Program-made: the position numbers and the translations under genes | DNA from: an uncultured Desulfarculus sp. | GTDB taxonomy: Bacteria; Desulfobacterota; Desulfarculia; Desulfarculales; Desulfarculaceae | Length of the DNA stretch: 64,000 nt | Reading direction: 5' to 3' | Assembly: GCA_963665125.2 (NCBI GenBank) | Contig: CAXXUK010000001.1 | Span: 3,136,001-3,200,000 of the forward strand | The notes under the pieces: model-generated | Seen by the model: the letters and a program-made list of their open reading frames with translations, nothing else | The model's database searches: none | Told to the model about the DNA's origin: nothing | In this document: positions 50,674 to 59,456 of the stretch, in pieces | Layout: every line of letters starts with the position of its first letter | Position numbering within the stretch: the first letter of the stretch is position 1

Positions 50674-51107
50674 AACTGCGCGGCCATGGCCTTTTCCAGG
50701 GCCTTGCGCACCTCGGGGTCGCGGACACCTTCAACCATTTGCTTTATAGTTGCTTCGTCGGCCTCGCTGAGCGGCTCGGGCGGGTCCGGGGGCGCCTGCG
50801 GCGGGGCCTGGGTCCGGGCGGCGATGAAGCGCAGGCCGCTGACCTGGAACCCCTGGCGTTCCAGGGCCGCCTTGAGGCGCGGGGCGGCCAAGGCCAGTTC
50901 CTGGCGAAAGGCCGAGCCGTTGACGGCCACCACCAGCGAGCCGTCGTCGTCCAGGCAGACCACCTTGACCCTGGGGGCCAACAGCGGACCCACCAGTTCG
51001 CGCCAGGCCGAGGCCAGGCCCGGCGGCGGCATCTTATGGGCCACCTTGCCCGGCAGAGCGTGGTCGATGACGTTGGTCACTCGTCTGGGGCGGTTGCGCC
51101 AGCCCAT
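50649..51107 (-). CDS. DUF721/DciA family protein
   Basis: W.ELVG..LA, L.VAV..SA..QEL. Confidence 0.7.
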   Translation of the reverse strand: MGWRNRPRRVTNVIDHALPGKVAHKMPPPGLASAWRELVGPLLAPRVKVVCLDDDGSLVVAVNGSAFRQELALAAPRLKAALERQGFQVSGLRFIAARTQAPPQAPPDPPEPLSEADEATIKQMVEGVRDPEVRKALEKAMAAQFQNKPSSS

Positions 51108-51114
51108 CAGCGCC

Positions 51115-51651
51115 TCACAGCCTGCCAAGTAGTTCGTGGGGCCGGGGCGTGTCGGCCGGATAGCGGCCATAGCGGGCCCAGCGGATTTTTTTGTCCGGGC
51201 CGATGACGAACGCCGCCGGTAGCTGGGTCTCCCGGCCCTCGAAGGTGCCGTGTTTGAAACCCTGGCCAAAGGCCCGAAACAGGCGGCCCAGGCCCATTGG
51301 GTTGATATAGCTGAGAAAGCCGCCAGCCTCCACGCCGTACATGGTATAGAGGCGCTGTTTGGGGTCGCAGATTATGGTAATGGGCCAGTCTACGATGCTG
51401 GTCTGGGCCTTGACGCTTTCGGACGTGCTTTGCAGCACCACCATGACCGAGGCGTCTTTTTCGGCGAATGACGGCTGGGCGGTCTTCAACTCGGCCAGGT
51501 CCAAACGGCAGATTGGGCAACCCACATAGCGCAGAAAAACCAATACCGCCCCGCCGGGGGCGATGGACTTGGCAAAGCTCAAACCGCTTTGCCACGGCGT
51601 GCTGAAGGTAAATTCCGGGGCGCTGTCACCCTGGCTCAAGCGCTTGGCCAT
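51115..51651 (-). CDS. Peroxiredoxin-like AhpC/TSA family protein
   Basis: GDSAPEF, FLRYVGCPIC, CDP...LY, QLPAAFVI. Confidence 0.85.
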   Translation of the reverse strand: MAKRLSQGDSAPEFTFSTPWQSGLSFAKSIAPGGAVLVFLRYVGCPICRLDLAELKTAQPSFAEKDASVMVVLQSTSESVKAQTSIVDWPITIICDPKQRLYTMYGVEAGGFLSYINPMGLGRLFRAFGQGFKHGTFEGRETQLPAAFVIGPDKKIRWARYGRYPADTPRPHELLGRL

Positions 51652-51742
51652 CTCGTACTCCGTTGGTCAAGTGAACATGGCCCGGCCCCCAAGGCAAGAC
51701 CATGCATCGGCAAGGGGCCTGGCTGATGGTATCATACGGTTC

Positions 51743-52795
51743 ATGAATAGCGACGTTCAAAAACCTGACCTGCGCGATCTGCGCTCGGACCAGGTCCAAG
51801 ACCTGCTGGTGAGCCTGGGCGAAAAGCCCTTCCGGGCCCGGCAGGTATTGCAATGGCTCTACAAGCACGCAGCCCCGGACTTTGAAGCCATGAGCAACCT
51901 GTCCAAGGACCTGCGCATGCGCCTTGCCGATGTTTCGCGGCTGGTCAGCCTGGAGCCCGAACTGGTGCAGGACAGCGCCGACGGCACCCGCAAGCTGTTG
52001 ATGCGCCTGGAAGACGGCAATGCCGTTGAAAGCGTGCTCATGCCCGAGGAGTCGCACCACACCCTTTGTGTATCCACCCAGGTGGGCTGCCGCCAGGGCT
52101 GCCGCTTTTGCGCCACGGCCTCCCTGGGGCTTAAACGCAACCTGCGCCCATCGGAAATCATGGGCCAAATCCTGGCCGCCGGCAAAATGTGCGACGAATT
52201 CCGGCCCCTGACCAACCTGGTGTTCATGGGCATGGGCGAGCCCCTGGACAACCTGGACAACCTGCTGGTGGCCCTGCACCACATCCTGGGCGACCACGGC
52301 CTGCAAATGAGCCAGCGCCGGGTCACGGTGAGCACCGTTGGCCTGGCCGACCGGCTGCCGCTTTTGGCCGCGGGCAGCCCCTGCGCCGTCGCCCTTAGCC
52401 TCAACGCGCCCAACGACGAGATCCGCCGCCAAATCATGCCCGCCACCAAGCGTTTCAACATGGACGTCCTGCGCCGGGCCGTGGCGGCCTACCCCCTGAA
52501 AGCCACCCGCCGGGTTACCTTGGAGTATGTACTTTTAGGAGGCGTCAACGACCGGCCTGGGCATGCCGAAGAGCTGGCCCGCTGGGCCAAGGGCCTGCCG
52601 GTGAAGGTCAACCTCATCGCCTACAACCCGCATCCGCACAGTGAATTTCGGGCCCCCTCTCCCGAAGACGTCGAAGCGTTCCAGGAAATCCTGATCAGCC
52701 GCCATATCACGGCCCTGTTGCGCCGCTCCAGAGGCCAGGACATAGACGCGGCCTGCGGGCAACTCGTGGCCGGCAAGGGCAACCCCACCGCCTGA
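51743..52795 (+). CDS. rlmN: 23S rRNA (adenine2503-C2)-methyltransferase
   Basis: CVSTQVGCRQGCRFC, MGMGEP, RGQDIDAACGQL. Confidence 0.95.
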   Translation: MNSDVQKPDLRDLRSDQVQDLLVSLGEKPFRARQVLQWLYKHAAPDFEAMSNLSKDLRMRLADVSRLVSLEPELVQDSADGTRKLLMRLEDGNAVESVLMPEESHHTLCVSTQVGCRQGCRFCATASLGLKRNLRPSEIMGQILAAGKMCDEFRPLTNLVFMGMGEPLDNLDNLLVALHHILGDHGLQMSQRRVTVSTVGLADRLPLLAAGSPCAVALSLNAPNDEIRRQIMPATKRFNMDVLRRAVAAYPLKATRRVTLEYVLLGGVNDRPGHAEELARWAKGLPVKVNLIAYNPHPHSEFRAPSPEDVEAFQEILISRHITALLRRSRGQDIDAACGQLVAGKGNPTA

Positions 52796-53053
52796 AACAA
52801 CCAATTAAGTTGCTATATGGATGGCCGGCCAGAACGGCCCAATGCTGGGGAAAGCAGGGGATTGCTATTTAGAAACGCCCGGTCGGGGCCACTGCCGCCT
52901 ATCCGTACTTTGAGTACTGCCCCCGCTTTGGGAGCCCAAGCATTGGATACGGAACCGTGATACCCTCTTGACCTTGGCCCTCGCCATAAGTAATGCTGAA
53001 CATCGTTACCTGGGCGACTCAACAGTCAACCAAACAGCTTGCTGAGGAAAAGC

Positions 53054-55456
53054 ATGAAACTTCTCAAGATCGGTCTCGGTTTGGCGTTTATTCTGTGTCT
53101 GGCCGCCGTTGCCGTGTTTTACGGCTTTTTCAAGGGGGCTGTTCCCGAATACGACGGAACCCTGGCCGTTGCCGGCCTTGGCGAACCGGTCACTGTAAAG
53201 ACCGACGATTTCGGAATCCCGCATATTATCGCCAAAAACCAAAAAGACCTTTTCTTTGCCCAGGGCTACATCATGGCCAGGGAGCGCCTTTTCCAGATGG
53301 ACATGACCCGCCTGGCCGGGCGCGGCGAGCTGTCCACGTTTTTTGGCGAGCGAACCTTGGGCAAGGACCGCTTCCTGCGCACCGTGGGCTTTTACCGCAA
53401 GGCCAAGGCCAGCTATCCCCAGTTGCCGCCCGAGACCCAGGAAATCATCCAGGCCTTTGTGGCGGGCGTCAACGCCTATATAAAATCCGCCGATCCCCTG
53501 CCCAGGGAGTATTTTTTCCTGGGTGTCAAGCCCCAACCCTGGACCCCGGAGGACACCGTCGTCATAGATACGCTGATGGCCTACAGCCTGACCCGGTCCA
53601 AAAAGATCGACCTGGTCATGCACATGATCCGCCAGCGGGGAGGCGAAAAACTCTTTAACGAGATGCTGCCCCACTATCCTGACATGGGCCCGGTGCTGGT
53701 GGGCGGCGGCAAGCCCGCCAAACCGGCTACAGGCCCCCGTAGCGACCTGCCCAAAAGCACAAGCGGCGGCGTACAAATCGGCTTTGGCGACGACTTCCCC
53801 CTGGGCCTTGATCTGGCCGCCAGCAACTGGATGGTCTTTTCCGGCAAGCTCACCGACACAGGCAAGCCCATGTTCGCCGGCAGCCCGGATCTGGCCCCCA
53901 CCCTGCCCGCCCTGTTTTACCTGATGCACATCAAGGGTGGCGGCATCGACGCCATGGGCGGAACACTGGTCGGCACGCCTGGCCTGGGCCCCCTGGGCTA
54001 CAACGGCCACGTGGTCTTCAGCGCGGTCAACGGCCGGGGCGACGAGTTGGATTATTTCATTGAAAAGATCAACCCAGACAACCCGGACCAGTATTTGACC
54101 GAAGACGGGTACCGCGATTTCGAAGTCATCAACGACGAGATCAAGATCAAGACAGACGACGGGTTCAAGACCGAAAAGCTGACCATCCGCATCTCCCGCC
54201 ACGGCCCGATGATTTCCGACGTGCTTCCCGGCGCGCCTGCCGACTGCGCCATGCAGTGGTCGGCCCTGGACCTGCCCGCCACTGACCTGGACGGTCTCCT
54301 CAAGGCCCTGACGGCCAAGGACATCCACCAGTTCCGGCAGGCCTTGTCCGGAGTTAGGACTATAAACCTTGGGATAGGCATGGCCGACAACGACGGCAAC
54401 ATCGGCTGGCAATTTCTGGCCGCGCCGCCCATCCGCAAAAAGGGCATCGGCTCGGCCCCGGTGCCCGGCTGGACCGGCGAATACGACTGGACCGGGTTCG
54501 TGCCCTTTGACCGGCTCCCCTATGACATCAACCCCAAGTCGGGCTACGCGGCCTCGTTCAACAACGAGCCGGGCAATATCTCGTATTATCTGACCAACTA
54601 CTACCTCTATGAGCGAGCCCTGCGCTTCAAGCGGATCATGGACCAGCGGCCCAAGGGCCAGAAGGTCACCTTTGCCGAGTTGAAGCAAATGCAGCTCGAC
54701 ACCGGATCAGTCCCGGCCGAGCGGTGGGTGCCTCTGGCCTTAAAGGCCTGCGGCGACGACCCCAAGTTCGCCACCGCCGTAACCCTGCTAAAGGATTGGG
54801 ACTACAAGGTTAAAATGGACAGCTCGGCGGCCACGTTGTTCAATTATTTCTACTACCTGATGATGGGCAACACCCTCAAGGACGACGTGGGCGAGGAGAT
54901 CTGGCTGGAGCACCTGCGCCACGAATACCTGTATTACGTGCCGGACGAGGTGCTCACCCGCATCTATCAGCAGCCGAAACACTACCTGTTTGACGACACG
55001 ACCACCAAGGATGTCAAGGAGACCCGCGACGACATCATCCGCCGCAGCATGGCCGAGGCCTTGGAATACCTAACCCAAAAGCTGGGCCCGGACACCGCGA
55101 ACTGGAAATGGGGAGGCGTGCACAAGATGCGCTTCGACCATCCCCTGGGCTCCAAGCTTTCTTTCCTGAACCTCAAGCCGGTGCCCACTCACGGCTCGCA
55201 CCACACCATCAACTCGGGTTTCTGGAAGACCGAGAAACCCTTTGAGATGTGCAGCGGCGGCGTCATCCGGATCATGATCGATTTCGCCGACATGAATAAA
55301 TCTACGATCATCAGCCCGCCGGGCCAGTCGGGCCACTACCTGAGTCCCTATTATGATGATCTGGTGAGGACCTGGGCCGCCGGCGATCAGGTGCCCATGC
55401 ACTATGACGACAGCCAGAATCTGCCCCAGACGCTGACCCTCAAACCGGCCCAATAG
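53054..55456 (+). CDS. Penicillin acylase family protein, membrane-anchored/exported
   Basis: N-term TM; GIPHI, FAQGY, ERLFQMD, RHGP, PGQSGH..SPYY. Confidence 0.9.
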   Translation: MKLLKIGLGLAFILCLAAVAVFYGFFKGAVPEYDGTLAVAGLGEPVTVKTDDFGIPHIIAKNQKDLFFAQGYIMARERLFQMDMTRLAGRGELSTFFGERTLGKDRFLRTVGFYRKAKASYPQLPPETQEIIQAFVAGVNAYIKSADPLPREYFFLGVKPQPWTPEDTVVIDTLMAYSLTRSKKIDLVMHMIRQRGGEKLFNEMLPHYPDMGPVLVGGGKPAKPATGPRSDLPKSTSGGVQIGFGDDFPLGLDLAASNWMVFSGKLTDTGKPMFAGSPDLAPTLPALFYLMHIKGGGIDAMGGTLVGTPGLGPLGYNGHVVFSAVNGRGDELDYFIEKINPDNPDQYLTEDGYRDFEVINDEIKIKTDDGFKTEKLTIRISRHGPMISDVLPGAPADCAMQWSALDLPATDLDGLLKALTAKDIHQFRQALSGVRTINLGIGMADNDGNIGWQFLAAPPIRKKGIGSAPVPGWTGEYDWTGFVPFDRLPYDINPKSGYAASFNNEPGNISYYLTNYYLYERALRFKRIMDQRPKGQKVTFAELKQMQLDTGSVPAERWVPLALKACGDDPKFATAVTLLKDWDYKVKMDSSAATLFNYFYYLMMGNTLKDDVGEEIWLEHLRHEYLYYVPDEVLTRIYQQPKHYLFDDTTTKDVKETRDDIIRRSMAEALEYLTQKLGPDTANWKWGGVHKMRFDHPLGSKLSFLNLKPVPTHGSHHTINSGFWKTEKPFEMCSGGVIRIMIDFADMNKSTIISPPGQSGHYLSPYYDDLVRTWAAGDQVPMHYDDSQNLPQTLTLKPAQ

Positions 55457-55481
55457 CGGCCGCTGTGCCCCTGACGACGAA

Positions 55482-55516
55482 TAAGCGGGCCGATCCTCCG
55501 GTTCGGCCCGCTTTTC
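55482..55516. terminator. Bidirectional terminator
   Basis: aagcgggccga...tcggcccgctttt. Confidence 0.7.
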
Positions 55517-55517
55517 A

Positions 55518-56942
55518 TCACTCCAAAGGCCAGCCCTTGACCGGACCGCAGGCCAGCACGTAGAGCAGGCGGCCTTTTTCCGGCACGGCGGCGGCATTGG
55601 CCGCCTCGCCGTCAAAAAACGCGCCCACCCCGCAACAGCCCAGGCCCAATGAGGTGGCCGCCAGGTAGAGCCTTTGGCCCGCCCGTCCGGCGGCGATCAT
55701 GGCGTGGCGGTAGGCCCTGGGGCCGCCCGCCTCGGTTATGGCCTCCAAATCGGCCCACAAGGCCATGACCATGGCGGCCTGACCCACCCAGAGCTGGCCC
55801 AGACAGGCCCTGGCCAGGCTGTTGCGCCTGTCCTCGCCGGGCCGCAGGATGGCCAGCCTGCGTGTGTCGGGCATGTACTCAAAGGCCCCGGACATCAGGT
55901 CTCTGGAGGGTCCCAGCAGCACATTGGCCCGGACGGGCCCATTGGCCGGGACGGTCGTGGCCAGCAACATGGCAACATCAGCGGCGTCCAGAGACGCGGT
56001 CAGAAAATTGCGGCGGGAGCGGCGCCCGCGCAGCACGTCGAAAAGACGGGCATCGCACTCGGTAGGATCGGGCAGAGGCAGGATCTTTTCCGGTTTGGGC
56101 GGCTTCGGCCACTGGGGCTCGGACCGCGGCTCGAACAACTCCCCGGCGGTGTGGGCCTCCAGGAGGACGCGGTCCCGGCCGATGCGCCTGCCCAAAGGCT
56201 TGGCCTGGAGGTCAAGGGGCGGCAGCCCGGCGGAGTCAGGACCCGCCTCGGCCGCTTGGCCGCCGCAGCGGACCACGGCCAGGGCTGATTCGTCCTGGTC
56301 GTCCAACCCCAAAAAAACGCCCAGGCCCTTGTCCGGGAAATCAAGTTGGGTCCGGGTGGGCAGGCCCAGGGCCGCGCAGGCCAGTTCCAGGTTGGCCAGC
56401 AGGTGCCCGCCGTCCAGCAGGCAATAGCGGTAGGCCCTGGAGCGGTATTTCCACAAGCTGCGCCAGTGCATGGCGCTGATGAAAAAGCACAGCCCCGGCG
56501 GCGGTGGGCCGATTATCCCGGCCAGATGGGCGGCCAGGGGCCCCGGCCACAGCGCATGCGCCCCGGCGGCCGACGGCGCGAAATGATACAGGCCGTCCTC
56601 CAGCCCTTGGACGCCGGAGGCGGTGAAGTACAGTTCGCAGGGATACAGGGCGCCGGCGCTGGCCCAGGTGCGCAAGCCCACCACATGGGATCGCTGGGTC
56701 ACCCCGGCGGCCATCAGCAATATGGCCGCCAACCCCGCCGCGTCCACGGACGACCCCGGGACGGCATCACCGGCGGCGGCCCGGGCCAACGTGGCCCCGC
56801 CGAACTCGGGCCGTGGCAGGGGCAGCGGCTCCAGGTCCTTGTAATACTTGTAGGGGCTGGGCTGGTTGGACCAATCCAGAACATGCCCGTTCATGGCGTC
56901 GCGGGCATAGGCCGTATCGTCATGGTAAAATTGTTCACTCAT
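55518..56942 (-). CDS. SagB/ThcOx-family tandem nitroreductase-domain protein
   Basis: LRTWASAGALYP, WKYR.RAYRYC.LD.GH, RRSRR, GCCGVGAFFD. Confidence 0.88.
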   Translation of the reverse strand: MSEQFYHDDTAYARDAMNGHVLDWSNQPSPYKYYKDLEPLPLPRPEFGGATLARAAAGDAVPGSSVDAAGLAAILLMAAGVTQRSHVVGLRTWASAGALYPCELYFTASGVQGLEDGLYHFAPSAAGAHALWPGPLAAHLAGIIGPPPPGLCFFISAMHWRSLWKYRSRAYRYCLLDGGHLLANLELACAALGLPTRTQLDFPDKGLGVFLGLDDQDESALAVVRCGGQAAEAGPDSAGLPPLDLQAKPLGRRIGRDRVLLEAHTAGELFEPRSEPQWPKPPKPEKILPLPDPTECDARLFDVLRGRRSRRNFLTASLDAADVAMLLATTVPANGPVRANVLLGPSRDLMSGAFEYMPDTRRLAILRPGEDRRNSLARACLGQLWVGQAAMVMALWADLEAITEAGGPRAYRHAMIAAGRAGQRLYLAATSLGLGCCGVGAFFDGEAANAAAVPEKGRLLYVLACGPVKGWPLE

Positions 56943-57047
56943 TTTCCGGCTGAAAACTCTTTTTCGTTACAGGTCCTTTTGATGCTTTACGGGCCATGCG
57001 GATAGTCTACACTGAAAAATAATGCACTTGCAGATATAAGGATTAAC

Positions 57048-59441
57048 ATGAGCAAATACGTCTGCATCCACGGCCACTTTTACCAGCCGCTCCGGGAAAA
57101 TCCGTGGCTGGAGGTGGTGGAGGTCCAGGACAGCGCCGCGCCTTTTCACGACTGGAACGAGCGGATCACAGCGGAATGCTACGCCCCCAACACGGCTGCC
57201 CGGATCATGGGCGATGCCGGACGCATCATAGAGATCGTTAATAATTACGAACGCATTTCCTTCAACTTCGGGGCCACCCTGCTTTCGTGGATGCAGAATC
57301 AAACCCCGGAAACCTATGAAGCCATAATCAGCGCCGACCGCTCGGCGCGCAAACGCTGGGGCCACGGCGGGGCCATGGCCCAGATCTACCACCACGTGAT
57401 AATGCCCCTGTGCAACCGCCGGGACAAGACAACCCAGATCGCCTGGGGCCTGGCCGATTTTGAGCGCCGCTACGGCAGAAAGGCAAAGGGCATTTGGCTT
57501 AGCGAGACGGCGGCCGACAGCGAATCCCTCGACCTTTTGGCCAAGGCCGGCGTGGAGTTCACCATCCTGGCCCCCCATCAGTGTGCCGCGGTTCGCCAAA
57601 AGCCGGACCAGCCCTGGCAGGACGTGGGTGGCGTCGTGGACGTGACCCGGCCATATATCGTGCGTTTGAACGAGGGCCGCAGCATCACGGTGTTTTTTTA
57701 TCAAGACGAGGTCAGCCGGGCCGTTGCCTTCGAGCATTTGCTCAATGACGGCGCCCGGTTCGCGGGCCGAATCCTGGGAGCCTTTGACAACGGCGGAGCC
57801 AAGGCGCCTTTGATCAGCCTGGCCACCGACGGCGAATCCTACGGCCACCATCACCGCTTCGGCGAGATGGCCCTGGCCTTTGCCCTGGAGCAAATCGAGC
57901 AGGACAAGGACGTCGAGCTGACCAACTACGCGGCGTATCTGGAAAAGCACCCGGCCACCTGGGAAGCCAAGATCGTCGAAAATTCATCGTGGTCCTGCGC
58001 CCATGGCGTGGAGCGCTGGCGCTCGGACTGCGGGTGTAACACCGGAGCCAATCCCTCCTGGAACCAGCGTTGGCGCGCGCCCCTGCGCCAGGGCCTCAAC
58101 CGGCTGCGGGACCGCCTGGCCGTGTTGTACGAAATCCAGGGCGGGGCCCTGTTCCACGACCCGTGGGCGGCGCGCAACGACTATGTCAATGTGCTTTTGG
58201 AAGAGTCGGACCGGTCGCGTCGGGATTTCCTGGACCGCAATTGCAAGGCCGCGCCCACCGAATCAGAGGAGGTCAGGGTTTGGCAGCTTCTGGAGATGCA
58301 GCGCTGGGCCATGGCCATGTTCACTTCCTGCGCCTGGTTCTTTGACGATATAAGCGGCATCGAGCCGGTGCAGAACCTGCGCATGGCCGCCCGGGCCATC
58401 CAACTGGCCCGGGCCATGGGCGCCGAGGGCCTGGAGGAGGAACTGACGGCAACCCTGGCCCAGGCAAAATCCAACCGGCCGGCCAAGGGCAGCGGGGCTG
58501 ATATCTGGCGGGCCGATGTGGCCCCGGAGTTGGTCGATATCGCCAGGGTCACGGCCCACGCGGCCATCAGCGGCGTGTTGGAGCAGGAGCCTCCCCCGGA
58601 GCGGCTCTATTGCTACGACCTGCGAACCCTGCGCCACGAACACCGGGACCATCTGGGCCTGGCCCTGTCCTGGGGCGTCATGAGGGCTTGTCACCGCCGC
58701 ATCGGCTGCGAGCAGGAGTTCATCTACGCCGCCCTGCACCAAGGCGGACAAAACTTCGCCGCCTGGGTCGGCCCCAGCCGGGAAGACTGGAGCGTCGACG
58801 CATTCGGCAAGGCCATCGCCGCTCCCCTGGCCGCCCTGGACACCGAGGCCATGGAAAACTTCATGGGCCGCGACCTGGGCGGGCCTGGCTTTGGCCTGGC
58901 CGATCTGTTTTTGGAGGGACGCCGCAGCCTGGCCCAGGAAATGGCCATGCAGATGACCCAGCGCCACGCGGAGACGGCCAGGCACATCTTCGAGGAAAGC
59001 CGCGACCTGATGCTGATGCTCCAGCGGATCAACGTGCCCATGCCGCCGATCTTCAAGGCCCTGGCCCAGGCCATGATCACCGACGACCTGGTGCGGGGCA
59101 TGAACCGCATCAACGGCGACAACCTGGCCTCCCACCTGGGCGGTTTGGCCCGCCAGGCCCGGCGTTTGGGCCTTAGTCTCGAAAACAACCGCCTGGAGCG
59201 GGCCGTGGCCTGGCACCTGGCCGATTGCGTGGCCAAGCTGGAGGACTCCCCCGGTGAAACCGGGGCGGCGGGCCGGGCCCTGATCCTGTTGGATCTGAGC
59301 CAGGCCCTGGAATTGAGGCCCGATCTGTGGGAGGCCCAGAATCTCTGTTTCCGCCTGAGCCGCCACATGGGCGCGGACTTGCCGGAAAAAATAAGTGAAA
59401 TCGCGACACGCCTGAACATCGCCTTGCCCGGCAACAACTAA
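57048..59441 (+). CDS. GH57 family glycoside hydrolase with DUF3536
   Basis: CIHGHFYQP.RENPW, WLSET, TDGESYGHH, SWSCAHGVERW, MFTSCAWFF. Confidence 0.9.
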   Translation: MSKYVCIHGHFYQPLRENPWLEVVEVQDSAAPFHDWNERITAECYAPNTAARIMGDAGRIIEIVNNYERISFNFGATLLSWMQNQTPETYEAIISADRSARKRWGHGGAMAQIYHHVIMPLCNRRDKTTQIAWGLADFERRYGRKAKGIWLSETAADSESLDLLAKAGVEFTILAPHQCAAVRQKPDQPWQDVGGVVDVTRPYIVRLNEGRSITVFFYQDEVSRAVAFEHLLNDGARFAGRILGAFDNGGAKAPLISLATDGESYGHHHRFGEMALAFALEQIEQDKDVELTNYAAYLEKHPATWEAKIVENSSWSCAHGVERWRSDCGCNTGANPSWNQRWRAPLRQGLNRLRDRLAVLYEIQGGALFHDPWAARNDYVNVLLEESDRSRRDFLDRNCKAAPTESEEVRVWQLLEMQRWAMAMFTSCAWFFDDISGIEPVQNLRMAARAIQLARAMGAEGLEEELTATLAQAKSNRPAKGSGADIWRADVAPELVDIARVTAHAAISGVLEQEPPPERLYCYDLRTLRHEHRDHLGLALSWGVMRACHRRIGCEQEFIYAALHQGGQNFAAWVGPSREDWSVDAFGKAIAAPLAALDTEAMENFMGRDLGGPGFGLADLFLEGRRSLAQEMAMQMTQRHAETARHIFEESRDLMLMLQRINVPMPPIFKALAQAMITDDLVRGMNRINGDNLASHLGGLARQARRLGLSLENNRLERAVAWHLADCVAKLEDSPGETGAAGRALILLDLSQALELRPDLWEAQNLCFRLSRHMGADLPEKISEIATRLNIALPGNN

Positions 59442-59456
59442 AACCGAGGGTGAGCA

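Noticed and set aside
55518..56942. SagB-like gene as evidence of an azole RiPP cluster
   Set aside because: No YcaO, precursor peptide or exporter nearby; stand-alone members are common.
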